Positions 8,855 to 18,987 of a DNA stretch of 64,000 bases are shown here, piece after piece. Under the pieces are notes generated by a model. The model saw only the letters and a list, made by a program, of their open reading frames with translations, searched no databases and was not told where the DNA came from. Both the position numbers and the translations under genes were made by a program. Source of the stretch: Promethearchaeati archaeon (GTDB taxonomy: Archaea > Asgardarchaeota > Heimdallarchaeia > Heimdallarchaeales > Heimdallarchaeaceae); contig JABLTJ010000014.1 in NCBI GenBank assembly GCA_013166775.1, forward strand, positions 32,001 to 96,000. The letters run 5' to 3'. The first letter of the stretch is position 1. Every line of letters starts with the position of its first letter.

Positions 8855-10585
8855 TTGAATAAAAAATTGTTAATAAGTGCAACAATTTTAATGTTAGTTT
8901 TAATGGGAATGTCTCCTAGCTTAATGGTTATGGGACAAGAACCTATTTACGGAGGAATAATGCACACTCCACTCTCAGCAGATGCACACGCATTAAATCC
9001 TTTCTCGTGGACAACAACATACGAAGCATATGTTATATGGCACATCTATGACCCCTTAGTACGACTGGATTTAGAGAATCAAGCATACGCATGTATTGCT
9101 GAAAGCTGGTCTCATAGCACCGATTTTTCTGAATGGACTTTTGTAATAAGAGATGACGTATATTGGCATGACGGTGAAAAATTAACCATTGACGACGTTT
9201 TCTACACATACAATTTGAATTGGAACGATCCTGATATTCCACGTAGAAGCTGGCTTTTTGATGAGATTACTGAACTAGAAGTAGTAGATAACACAATTGT
9301 TATTACTTTTGGTTGGGGACCAAAACCCGCAGATGTTCTATATGATTTAGCAACTACTCTAATAGTTCCAGAACACATATGGGCAGACATAGATCTCCAT
9401 GACTATGCTAATGATGTAAATCCAATCGGAAGTGGACCTTTCAAATTTGTAGAATGGGAAAGAGCACAATTCTTTAGATTGGAAAAACATGATCAATACC
9501 AATTCCCAATTTATATTGATGGTAAAACAATACCTATTATTAGCGAAGTAGAAGCCGCGTTTTACGCTCTAGCTGGTGGAGATATTGAAGTTATGGCTAA
9601 TCCTCCACCTGAATTAGAAAGTGCAGCAGAGTTCTATAATGCTTCAGTACACACTTCTCTTAATGACTACTGGGTTTACTTAGGAATGAATCAAAGACGC
9701 TATCCAAATAACGTTACAGAATTCAGACAAGCAATAATGTATGGTATAGACCGTCAAGAAATTGTAGATGTTATCAAATATGGACGTGGTGCAATAATGC
9801 CAGCATCCTGCAATCTTCCTTGGGGAACATACTACAACGAAGAAGCTAAAACATATGACTACAATATAACCAAGACAATCGAGATGCTAGATGATTTAGG
9901 ATGGGTAGATACAGATGAAGACGATATCCGTGAAGATGGACTTGGTAATCCATTAGAATTTGATGTAATTGTAAGTGCTGATGCTCAAGAATCTGTTGAC
10001 ACAGTTAAATTCATTAAAACATACCTAGAACCTGCAGGAATACAAGTAAACGTAGTTCCAATAATCTGGGATGTTCTTTGGACAACTGTTGGAGGTACTG
10101 GTGATGAAGCTAATACCTGGGATTACGATTGGGCAGTTCTAGGTTGGGTAGGCTTTTGGAGTGATTTCCATCCAAGCTCATTCTACTGGTTATTAAGTGC
10201 AGATAATTGGTGGGGATCTAATGCAGTCAATATTCCTGGCTGGAACAGTACAGTTCGTACTCAAGTGACCGATCTCTGTGAACTAGTACTCTATGAAACA
10301 GATGAAGCAGTAGTTGCTGATTTGATTGATCAAATTCAAGTACTAGTTGCAGAAGACTTACCTTACTTACCACTACAAGTCAATGGCGGAACTTACCTCT
10401 ACAAAACAGATGAATACAAGGGATGGCAATTAGGTCCAACAGATGGTCCAGATAACTATTTCACTTGGTTAAGCATCCAACTAATATCACCACCAGAAAG
10501 TGGACCAGGATACTTAGCATTAGGTGCAATACTTGCATTAGTCATCACTGTAGGATTAATCAAATTCAGAAGAAGAAGAGATTAA
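8855..10585 (+). CDS. oppA: Peptide/nickel ABC transporter substrate-binding protein (OppA/DppA family 5), C-terminally anchored
   Basis: IYDPLV, WHDGEKLTIDDV, PIGSGPF motifs; signal peptide; C-terminal GPGY-TM-RRRRD. Confidence 0.92.
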   Translation: MNKKLLISATILMLVLMGMSPSLMVMGQEPIYGGIMHTPLSADAHALNPFSWTTTYEAYVIWHIYDPLVRLDLENQAYACIAESWSHSTDFSEWTFVIRDDVYWHDGEKLTIDDVFYTYNLNWNDPDIPRRSWLFDEITELEVVDNTIVITFGWGPKPADVLYDLATTLIVPEHIWADIDLHDYANDVNPIGSGPFKFVEWERAQFFRLEKHDQYQFPIYIDGKTIPIISEVEAAFYALAGGDIEVMANPPPELESAAEFYNASVHTSLNDYWVYLGMNQRRYPNNVTEFRQAIMYGIDRQEIVDVIKYGRGAIMPASCNLPWGTYYNEEAKTYDYNITKTIEMLDDLGWVDTDEDDIREDGLGNPLEFDVIVSADAQESVDTVKFIKTYLEPAGIQVNVVPIIWDVLWTTVGGTGDEANTWDYDWAVLGWVGFWSDFHPSSFYWLLSADNWWGSNAVNIPGWNSTVRTQVTDLCELVLYETDEAVVADLIDQIQVLVAEDLPYLPLQVNGGTYLYKTDEYKGWQLGPTDGPDNYFTWLSIQLISPPESGPGYLALGAILALVITVGLIKFRRRRD

Positions 10586-10616
10586 AAATCTAACATAAAT
10601 ATTAAATCAAAGAAAC

Positions 10617-10653
10617 GAGGGCCCATAAAACCCTCCGATTTTTATTTTTTTTT
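10617..10653 (+). terminator. Short hairpin plus T-tract after oppA
   Basis: GAGGG...CCCTC followed by a long T-rich run in the oppA-oppB spacer. Confidence 0.4.
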
Positions 10654-10770
10654 ATAAAAAAATAATTATGAATAATGTTTAGTCAGTAATATTTTTTCTA
10701 AACATATAGTTATACCCGAAATATTTAAAAATATTTCAGATTATCAAGTTTCAAGCACGGTGTAAAATCA

Positions 10771-11763
10771 ATGGGTTTGAGAGGATATATAGCTAAAAAA
10801 ATCTTTTTTGCTTTAATTGCATTTGTTATTGCAATTACAGTTGTTTTCTTTCTTTATCATGTGATACCTGGTAATCCAGCGAATATATTTGCTACAGATC
10901 GAACTGTAAATCCTGAACAAAGAGAAAATTTACTTGAAAGATGGGGATTGAATGAACCCTTATGGAAGCAGTATGGTATATTTCTAAGGAATTTATTACA
11001 GGGAGATCTTGGTTTTTCATATCTTCATAAATTACCAGTATCAGAAGTCATTGGAATATCTCTACCTTGGACGCTTCTACTTCTAGGTACTTCATTTGTT
11101 CTAAATGCAGTCATTGGAATCTTTCTAGGAGCCTTTGTAGCTTGGAGAAGAGGATCTAAATTAGATACAGGTTTTGTGTTAACTTACAATTTTTATAACG
11201 CTATTCCTTTATTTTTTGTAGGAATGCTTTTCATTGCGTTATTTAGCTTCTACTCTAGAAAATGGGGATGGCCATTTTATTTTCCAGCGTATGGAGCTCA
11301 AACAGCAGGATCCTCAGAGTGGGGATTCTTTCCTCATTTAGTTGATATTCTCTGGCATTTAGTTCTACCGTTAACGGTACTAACTATAGCAGGGATTTTA
11401 GGATGGTCATGGTTTATGAGAGGAAATCTGATCAATATTCTAACTGAAGATTATATTAAAACAGCAAGAGCTAAAGGATTAAACGAGAATCAAGTTCTAT
11501 ATAGACATGCATTCAGAAATGCAATACTCCCAGTTGTAACTAATATCGGAATGAGTATAGGAGGATTAATAGGAGGAGCTGTTTTAATAGAAACGGTATT
11601 TTCCTATCCAGGTACTGGCAGGATGCTCTATGAAGCACTCATCAGACATGATTATCCACTAGTTCAAGGTGCGTTTATAATCATATCAGGTTTGACTTTG
11701 CTTGGATTATTACTAGCAGAAATTGTCTATGGATTCATTGATCCAAGGATAAGAACATCGTAA
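10771..11763 (+). CDS. oppB: Peptide ABC transporter permease (OppB/DppB)
   Basis: EDYIKTARAKGL...HAFRNA EAA-loop motif; DPRIR end. Confidence 0.93.
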   Translation: MGLRGYIAKKIFFALIAFVIAITVVFFLYHVIPGNPANIFATDRTVNPEQRENLLERWGLNEPLWKQYGIFLRNLLQGDLGFSYLHKLPVSEVIGISLPWTLLLLGTSFVLNAVIGIFLGAFVAWRRGSKLDTGFVLTYNFYNAIPLFFVGMLFIALFSFYSRKWGWPFYFPAYGAQTAGSSEWGFFPHLVDILWHLVLPLTVLTIAGILGWSWFMRGNLINILTEDYIKTARAKGLNENQVLYRHAFRNAILPVVTNIGMSIGGLIGGAVLIETVFSYPGTGRMLYEALIRHDYPLVQGAFIIISGLTLLGLLLAEIVYGFIDPRIRTS

Positions 11764-11768
11764 GGTGA

Positions 11769-12698
11769 GTGAAGATGGCAGCAATATTTAATAGAGATAA
11801 TATTAAACGTCGATTTAAGAGATTAAATAAGACATGGAAAGTGTACAGAAGCAATTGGATGGGAGTTGTAGGCTTAATCATAATAATAACTCTGGTGACA
11901 CTTGCAATTTTTGCAAAACAAATTTCTAGATACGATCCTGATGACAGAGATAATGATAACATTTTTCAGCCCCCAGTGCCTGGACACATCTTAGGTACAA
12001 ACCGTCATGGTAATGATATATTTTCAATACTTTTGAATAGTCTTGGAATTTCATTAGCAGTAGGTGTAGTTGCAGGGAGTTTAACTGTAATTCTAGGAAC
12101 GACGATAGGTGTAGCTAGTGCATATATCGGTGGAAGAGTTGACACCGTTATTATGCGTATAACTGATGTAGTTCTAGTAATACCTGCATTGCCTTTAATG
12201 CTTCTACTAGCCTCATTAGTTCCCCTGATAGTTGATAAGCTGAATTGGCTTGATACTATTCCTTGGTGGTTTATTATAGCATTTGTTTACGTCGTCGTAT
12301 TCTGGCCAGTTTCAGCAAGATTGATTAGAGGACAGGCTCTTTCGCTCAAACAGAGAGCATTTGTTACTAGTGCAAAATCTGCTGGAGCAGGAAATGGATA
12401 CGTAATAAGAAAACACTTGCTTCCTAATGTTTTTCCATTAATGCTTACAATGATTATAACTTCAATGAGACAAGCAATTCTATATGAAGCTTTCTTGTCA
12501 TTTCTAGGATTAGGTGATCCTAGTAATTGGAGTCTTGGGAAAATGTTAAGCATAGCTCAACAACAAGCATCGCTTGCCACGGGTGCATGGTGGATGTATC
12601 TTCCTGCAGGTATTGCTATTGCACTTACAACCCTTAGTTTCGCTTTCATTGGAATGGCTTTCGACGAGATAGTTAACCCACGTTTAAGGAGGAAATGA
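11769..12698 (+). CDS. oppC: Peptide ABC transporter permease (OppC/DppC)
   Basis: HILGTNRHGNDIFS, ARLIRGQALSLK, HLLPNV motifs. Confidence 0.93.
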   Translation: MKMAAIFNRDNIKRRFKRLNKTWKVYRSNWMGVVGLIIIITLVTLAIFAKQISRYDPDDRDNDNIFQPPVPGHILGTNRHGNDIFSILLNSLGISLAVGVVAGSLTVILGTTIGVASAYIGGRVDTVIMRITDVVLVIPALPLMLLLASLVPLIVDKLNWLDTIPWWFIIAFVYVVVFWPVSARLIRGQALSLKQRAFVTSAKSAGAGNGYVIRKHLLPNVFPLMLTMIITSMRQAILYEAFLSFLGLGDPSNWSLGKMLSIAQQQASLATGAWWMYLPAGIAIALTTLSFAFIGMAFDEIVNPRLRRK

Positions 12699-12702
12699 TC
12701 AT

Positions 12703-13752
12703 ATGACATTGCTTGAAGTAAAAAATCTTAAAACATACTTCCATACAAAGGGAGGTTCAGTAAAAGCTGTAGATAACGTAAGTTTTAAACTAGGAAAGGG
12801 AGAAGTACTTGGACTTGCAGGTGAATCAGGCTGTGGAAAAACTACAACTTGTTTATCGATTATGCAAATGGTTGACTTTCCAGGTGAAATTATGGAAGGT
12901 CAGATCATGTACGAAAATGCGTTCGAAGTTATCGATGAAGATAGAAAAAAGAGTCTTCGGGACAGAATTCTTAATAGAAATCCTGGTAATGAAAAACGAA
13001 CCAGAAACCTTCTCGAGTTTTCAGAAGCTGAGATGCGAAGGATCAGAGGTAATCATATCTCTATGGTTTTTCAAGGAGCAATGAATGCATTAAATCCAGT
13101 CCATAGAGTAGGTAATCAGATTTTAGAGGTTCTAAATATTCATGAACCTGAATTGGAAAAAGAGGATGCTTGGGATAAAGTGATTGACATTCTTGAAACA
13201 GTAGGAATTGACTCTGCGAGAGCTAGAGATTATCCTCATCAACTCAGTGGAGGTATGAAACAGAGAGCTCTTATAGCAATGGCTTTAGTCAATAATCCTG
13301 ATATTGTTATAGCAGATGAACCTGTAACTGCTTTAGATGTCATAGTACAATCTCAAGTTCTTAAGGCAACTAAGGAACTACAAAGAAAGTTTGATTTATC
13401 AATGATAATGATTACTCATGATTTATCTGTAATAGCGGAAGTATGTGAAACGCTAGCTATAATGTATGCAGGAAAATTAGTTGAATATGGTGATCTCAGA
13501 ACTTTATTTAAAGAACCATTTCATCCTTATACTCAAGCTCTAATCAACGCCTTTCCAAGCATAACGGGTCCTAAGAAAGATTTGTTTGATATCGGAGGTT
13601 CTCCTCCAGATTTGCGTAATCCACCCGAAGGGTGTCGATTCCACCCACGATGTCCTAAAGTTATGCCAATATGTAGTAAAAAAATACCTTCAGAAACTCC
13701 AATAAAGAATGGATTTGTAGCTTGTTGGCTCTATGAAGAGGAGGAGAAGTGA
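12703..13752 (+). CDS. oppD: Peptide ABC transporter ATP-binding protein (OppD/DppD)
   Basis: GESGCGKT, LSGGMKQR, IADEP, and the oligo_HPY C-terminus (GCRFHPRC). Confidence 0.93.
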   Translation: MTLLEVKNLKTYFHTKGGSVKAVDNVSFKLGKGEVLGLAGESGCGKTTTCLSIMQMVDFPGEIMEGQIMYENAFEVIDEDRKKSLRDRILNRNPGNEKRTRNLLEFSEAEMRRIRGNHISMVFQGAMNALNPVHRVGNQILEVLNIHEPELEKEDAWDKVIDILETVGIDSARARDYPHQLSGGMKQRALIAMALVNNPDIVIADEPVTALDVIVQSQVLKATKELQRKFDLSMIMITHDLSVIAEVCETLAIMYAGKLVEYGDLRTLFKEPFHPYTQALINAFPSITGPKKDLFDIGGSPPDLRNPPEGCRFHPRCPKVMPICSKKIPSETPIKNGFVACWLYEEEEK

Positions 13753-13756
13753 TAAT

Positions 13757-15202
13757 ATGATAGAAGATGAAATAACAGTAGAGGCAGTTCATTTACAAAA
13801 ACTTTTCCCAGTTGTATCAGGATTTTTTGAGAGTATTTTTTCAATTGAAACAATGAAAAGAACTGGAAGAGCAACGAAACAATTTTTTTCTAGTGTTTTT
13901 TCTAAAGACCGAAAGAAAACATTTAAAGAACTAACAAAAGAATATTTCGGGGTAGTATTTCAAAGAAGTGAAAAACACTATGTTCATGCTGTAGATGACA
14001 TCTCTTTCAAAATTCATAAAGGAGAAACATTCGGATTAGTTGGAGAAAGTGGTTGTGGAAAATCTACAACAGGAATGCTTTTGCTTAACCTTCTAGAAAC
14101 TACTGGAGGTCATATATACTTTAAATCTCCTGACTCAATTACACTCACTAGAAAACAGATAAGAGGTGTACGAATAAAAAAAGAAAAAGAAAAACTCACT
14201 CTTACAAGAAGACAAAAGAAACTTTTAAGAGGAAAAGAAGAGCGAGAGAATATAATTCTTAATGAAGAGCAAATAAACAATATAATAGCAACAGAAGGAT
14301 TTGATCAACATGAAACTTCTTCTCGTTGGGAAAAAATGCTAGTTCGGATTACAAACTTTTTGAATTCACTCCTTTTGAAGCCGAATAGAATATTTCTCAC
14401 AGAGGAGCAATTACTTTCTATAGGAACTGTAAGTAGAGTGGACATAAGTAATTTCACCAATCGGGAATTGAAAAATCTAAGAAAAGACATACAGATAATT
14501 TTTCAAAACCCATATGAATCCTTAAGTCCTAGATTTAGTATATTAGACATCATTGCAGAACCTCTAAGACTTCTACGTATTTATACTGATGAAGCTACAA
14601 TTGAAAAGAAAGTTAAAGAAGAATTGGAAAGTGTGGGATTGATTCCTGCTGAAGACTTTATCGATAGATATCCACATGAGTTAAGTGGTGGTCAGAGACA
14701 AAGAGTTGGGGTTGCAAGAGCTTTCATTCTTGATCCTGAATTCATTGTTGCTGATGAACCAGTATCTATGCTTGACGTGTCTATCAGAGTTGGAGTTTTG
14801 AAAATTATGCGACAACTAACAATTGAAAGAGGCACAGCATTTCTTTTCATCACACACGACCTTGCACTCGCGAGAGTAATGTGTGATAGAATTGCAGTAA
14901 TGTATCTTGGAAGGATTGTTGAACAAGGTCCAACCGAAGAGCTAATACAGAAACCTCTTCATCCATATGCTAAAGCCCTCATTGCCGGAGTACCTAAACC
15001 TGATCCTGATGCTAGAAGAACAGAGGATTTGCCAATAATAGGCGAAGTACCTAGTGGAATTGATGTCCCTTTTGGGTGCCGATTCAATCCTCGATGTCCT
15101 TATGTGATTGAGAAATGTACGAAGGTTGACCCTCAACTAGAGGAGGTAGGTAATAATCACCTTGTAGCGTGTATAAGGTATAATGAGATTAACAATAAGT
15201 GA
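13757..15202 (+). CDS. oppF: Peptide ABC transporter ATP-binding protein (OppF/DppF) with two insertions
   Basis: GESGCGKS, LSGGQRQR, VADEP, HPY, GCRFNPRC; likely start ATG 13757. Confidence 0.92.
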   Translation: MIEDEITVEAVHLQKLFPVVSGFFESIFSIETMKRTGRATKQFFSSVFSKDRKKTFKELTKEYFGVVFQRSEKHYVHAVDDISFKIHKGETFGLVGESGCGKSTTGMLLLNLLETTGGHIYFKSPDSITLTRKQIRGVRIKKEKEKLTLTRRQKKLLRGKEERENIILNEEQINNIIATEGFDQHETSSRWEKMLVRITNFLNSLLLKPNRIFLTEEQLLSIGTVSRVDISNFTNRELKNLRKDIQIIFQNPYESLSPRFSILDIIAEPLRLLRIYTDEATIEKKVKEELESVGLIPAEDFIDRYPHELSGGQRQRVGVARAFILDPEFIVADEPVSMLDVSIRVGVLKIMRQLTIERGTAFLFITHDLALARVMCDRIAVMYLGRIVEQGPTEELIQKPLHPYAKALIAGVPKPDPDARRTEDLPIIGEVPSGIDVPFGCRFNPRCPYVIEKCTKVDPQLEEVGNNHLVACIRYNEINNK

Positions 15203-15241
15203 TATTCTTCACTTTTTGTTTCTTTAACCAGAGATGATTAT

Positions 15242-17437
15242 ATGGTCAAAATAGTTTTCAAAGAGATTGAAAATCTCATGTTGTTGGGAGATTATGAAGA
15301 AGCTTTAGATGTGATTGCTAAGCATCAATTGAATAAACAATTAACTGATGACGAATTATTTCATCTATTATCCTGCAAATGCATCTCTTTAAACTGCCTA
15401 GGTGATTATGAAGAAACTATTAAAACGGCACAAGGATTTCAAATCGAAGCTAAATCTAAGCAGAGAACGATATTTGAGGTTGATGCAAGATTATTTTCTA
15501 TATTTGCTTTTTACAGGTTAAATAAAATTGAACAAGCTCTAAAAAATGTTGAACAAGCAGAAAAAATAATAGATAGTTGCTCAGAAGAAGAGATAGATCA
15601 AAGAAAATCAAGATTACTTGCAGATAAAGCACTTCTTTACGCAAGTAAAGGAGAAGTTAACCAAGCTTTAGCTTTATCGCAAGAAAACCATATACTATGT
15701 CAAAAAATGAAAGTTCCTCACTTATTAGCAAGAGCTCAATACATTTGTGGTATTGTACATAATGACATGGGAGAAAACGAAGAAGCTATAGATTACTTTG
15801 AAAAAAGCTTGGAAATAAGAGAGAAATTGGAGAATCAATATGATTTAGCACATTCACTATTTCGATTAGGATATTCTTGGAGAAATTTAGGTGTATTTGA
15901 TACTGCTTACGAATATTTTAACAGAAGCTTGAAAATTAGAAAGAAAATAAGAAACCAACAAGATATTTCATGGACTCTTTTGAACATCGGAGATATCCAT
16001 TTTGCAAGAAAAGAACTAAAAAAAGCTCAACAATATTTTGATGAATCACTTTTAATAAACCAAACTAATAATTTCGATTTTGGTACAGTATTCTCTTTAA
16101 GAAGATTAAGTATGATATATGAAGAGATGGGAAATCCACAGTTAGTTATAGATACATTAGAAAAAGCTCTCAATTATGCACAGGTTTTGGAAATGGTTGA
16201 TCCTGAAGCTTATGCTCTGTTCGATATTATTAATTTTATAACATGTTTGAATGATGAATTATCAAAGGATATACAAAACAACAATAAATTGATAGAGAAA
16301 GAAACAAGAGAATACATTAAAGAAAAATATAGTATGTTAGATGTCTATTTAAACAGACTTTCAATCATCAATTATCTTCACAAAACTAAATTATATAATC
16401 AAATTTATCGTCTTGCTCGAGCGTTAATACTTAAATCAAGCGATAAAGCTAAAGATAAGCAAAAAGCTCGAAGGATATTAGAAGAAATTACTGAAGAGGA
16501 TATTATCTATTATATTTATACAATAGTTGCCATGTCAAATTATAGTGATCTACTTGCGGATGAACTAAAAAAACACCTAGGAGAAGAGGGACTTGTCAGT
16601 GAGTTGACAGATCTCTCACATATGCTTTCTCCTGAACAATCTCAAAGAACATATGCAATAGCAGCAGAGAGTTTTCTCCATCAAACTAAAACTGCTCTTG
16701 AAGAAATAGATATAGCTAAAGCGAGAGAATTACTTAGAAGGGCTCAAAATTTAAATAATTTTTTGGTATTGTATAACAAGGGTCCTACACCTTTTAGAAT
16801 CTTATACATTCTTTACATAAAAGAAACCAATCTAAATGAATTAAGTAACAAACTTGGAATAACAAAAGGTGCATTAACGAATCATCTAAAGCTTTTAACG
16901 AGTTTGAATTTAGTAAAAATATCTAAAGAGAAACAAATCCGTTCAGCTACCATGCTTAAAAAATATTATTCCTTGGGAGAAAAAGGAATGGAATTAATCC
17001 AGAGGTTCAACCTGAATATTATAGAATCAATTTCAGAAGGAGAAAAAGAGGGTAAATCCATTCTTGATACTCAAATGACACCCAGACTATTAACTAAAAT
17101 GATAAGAGATGTAACATATCTGATAGATAAAGGACAAAATTTTGTTGAGGAACATATTTTAACACAGTCTTTTGATAATCATTCTGAAAGGATTTATATT
17201 GATAGTTTATTCTTAACAAAAAAACAATATAAAATATACATTAAATTATGGGATGAGTTTAGAGAAAAAGTTCAAAATGAAGTAATCAGTGAAAACACAG
17301 ATTCACCTATGTACCATTCTATTGAAAAACCGACTTATATTGCACATCTAGCTCTACCTCTAAGAGATCTCATAGATCTTGAAAGATTCTTAGAAGAGAG
17401 AAGAAGAAAAAATGAAAAAAACAGAAAGAATATTTAA
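15242..17437 (+). CDS. TPR-repeat protein with C-terminal winged-helix regulator domain
   Basis: Repeated AxxYFxxSLxI TPR units; NLNELSNKLGITKGALTNHLKLL HTH followed by KYYSL. Confidence 0.85.
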   Translation: MVKIVFKEIENLMLLGDYEEALDVIAKHQLNKQLTDDELFHLLSCKCISLNCLGDYEETIKTAQGFQIEAKSKQRTIFEVDARLFSIFAFYRLNKIEQALKNVEQAEKIIDSCSEEEIDQRKSRLLADKALLYASKGEVNQALALSQENHILCQKMKVPHLLARAQYICGIVHNDMGENEEAIDYFEKSLEIREKLENQYDLAHSLFRLGYSWRNLGVFDTAYEYFNRSLKIRKKIRNQQDISWTLLNIGDIHFARKELKKAQQYFDESLLINQTNNFDFGTVFSLRRLSMIYEEMGNPQLVIDTLEKALNYAQVLEMVDPEAYALFDIINFITCLNDELSKDIQNNNKLIEKETREYIKEKYSMLDVYLNRLSIINYLHKTKLYNQIYRLARALILKSSDKAKDKQKARRILEEITEEDIIYYIYTIVAMSNYSDLLADELKKHLGEEGLVSELTDLSHMLSPEQSQRTYAIAAESFLHQTKTALEEIDIAKARELLRRAQNLNNFLVLYNKGPTPFRILYILYIKETNLNELSNKLGITKGALTNHLKLLTSLNLVKISKEKQIRSATMLKKYYSLGEKGMELIQRFNLNIIESISEGEKEGKSILDTQMTPRLLTKMIRDVTYLIDKGQNFVEEHILTQSFDNHSERIYIDSLFLTKKQYKIYIKLWDEFREKVQNEVISENTDSPMYHSIEKPTYIAHLALPLRDLIDLERFLEERRRKNEKNRKNI

Positions 17438-18510
17438 TCATTTTCTCTTGTGTTTTTGATGAATTTCCGCTTCCTAAGTTTTACAGTATTTCTTACAGCA
17501 ATAACAACCTCTGAGAATGCGAAAATTCCAAACGAATATACAATGAAAACTATTACAACAATTCTTACAAAAGGAGAAAATGACTTATCAAATCTCAGAT
17601 ATAGATAAATCAAACCAGTGCCAAGTTCATAGAAAGGTTGAAAGATGTCATAAACCAGATTATCCTTATATCTTCCTAGGATTTCAACTCCAAATGAATC
17701 TATAATAAATTCCGTTTTTCCTTCTCTTAATTGATCCATCAATGCTTCTTTAGTGAATTCAGTTACATTGATAGCAGTCCATGCATTAACTTTTCCTCCA
17801 TCGGATCTATCAGGTGAGTGTATATCTGTTCCAGTAATCAGACTTATCGAAACATTATGTTCTAAATAATAATCATATGATAAGTGATCAAAGTCTTGTC
17901 CATTCACTATTTCAAAAAAATCTACTCCCCATGATACTAATTGATTTCTTGAAGGAGTAATATCCCCAAATGATCTTTCACTGTATAATAAATGATTAGC
18001 AGTTACAACCCCTCCTTGATTATGAACTTCATTTATTGCTTCAATAATATCTTCTGTAGTTGGATTTAGAGGTATCTTCAGGTTCCATTCCTCAATACCT
18101 AAAAAATTTAGATGTAATCGTCTAGTTGTCCATTCCATTCCTTGAAGAACTATTATCTCATTTTTGTATTCATTTGCTAAATCAGCGATCTCCTCAGAGT
18201 TTTTTAGTGTGTTATGATCTGTTATAGCGAAAGCATTGAATCCCAAAGCTTTATGCCATTCAATACTCTGTCTTATAGTTAATTTTCCATCACTATATTT
18301 TGTATGTGAATGCTGATCAAATAATATATCATAAGTTACATTTGTATTAGGAACAAACGGCTGAAGATCCTCCCAGCTGTCGTCAAAATAATTTCTTTCA
18401 GCTGGTCCAAATTTCGCTAAAAGTACGCTTATAATCATTATGGAACCTATAATTAGGAAGAACACTAATAGATGTTTTACTATTTTCGGTAACTTCCTAG
18501 GGAGTTTCAT
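17434..18510 (-). CDS. Membrane-anchored PHP-domain phosphoesterase
   Basis: HSHTKYSDG, ITDHN, GMEWT, NH and GTDIH motifs; TM segments at both termini. Confidence 0.85.
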   Translation of the reverse strand: MKLPRKLPKIVKHLLVFFLIIGSIMIISVLLAKFGPAERNYFDDSWEDLQPFVPNTNVTYDILFDQHSHTKYSDGKLTIRQSIEWHKALGFNAFAITDHNTLKNSEEIADLANEYKNEIIVLQGMEWTTRRLHLNFLGIEEWNLKIPLNPTTEDIIEAINEVHNQGGVVTANHLLYSERSFGDITPSRNQLVSWGVDFFEIVNGQDFDHLSYDYYLEHNVSISLITGTDIHSPDRSDGGKVNAWTAINVTEFTKEALMDQLREGKTEFIIDSFGVEILGRYKDNLVYDIFQPFYELGTGLIYLYLRFDKSFSPFVRIVVIVFIVYSFGIFAFSEVVIAVRNTVKLRKRKFIKNTREND

Positions 18511-18574
18511 TTTTACTACATCTATGTTTTTTTATAATAGATTTAAATTTCATCTAAGAGTCCTATTACTTTCC

Positions 18575-18976
18575 TCATTTAATTGTATCTGAATTCTTAT
18601 AGTGATCTGCTGATATATCATCAAATAGAGTAGCTACTTCACTGAGAAATGCTATCTTCTTAGCTGCTTCACTGTAAAAATCACCTATTGTTCTTTCTAT
18701 TTTCTTTCCGATTATACTCAATGAAAAGCTTTTCACGTTTTCCTCGATTTGTTGAGCTATTTGATATAGATTTGGACTAAAATCCTTTATGGGTTCGAGG
18801 ATCATTTCAGTAGTATTTTCTCTTCGAACTCTTATCAGCTTTTTGATTCTTTTTTCATACTGAGGAAGCAAGTTCTTGAAATCTTCACAATCTATGTTGT
18901 TTTCATAAAATTCCTTAGCTTGGTCTTCTATTTTCACAGCAAATTTCAATACAGCCCCTAATGTTACTAAACTCAT
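18575..18976 (-). CDS. Ferritin-like (rubrerythrin-related) protein, degenerate
   Basis: LKFAVKIEDQAKEFY and KIERTIGDFYSEAA four-helix pattern; likely start ATG 18976. Confidence 0.6.
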   Translation of the reverse strand: MSLVTLGAVLKFAVKIEDQAKEFYENNIDCEDFKNLLPQYEKRIKKLIRVRRENTTEMILEPIKDFSPNLYQIAQQIEENVKSFSLSIIGKKIERTIGDFYSEAAKKIAFLSEVATLFDDISADHYKNSDTIK

Positions 18977-18987
18977 TAATTCACCTT

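Noticed and set aside
14129-14440. OppF insertion as an intein
   Set aside because: No C/S start paired with an HN-C/S/T end, and no endonuclease motifs.
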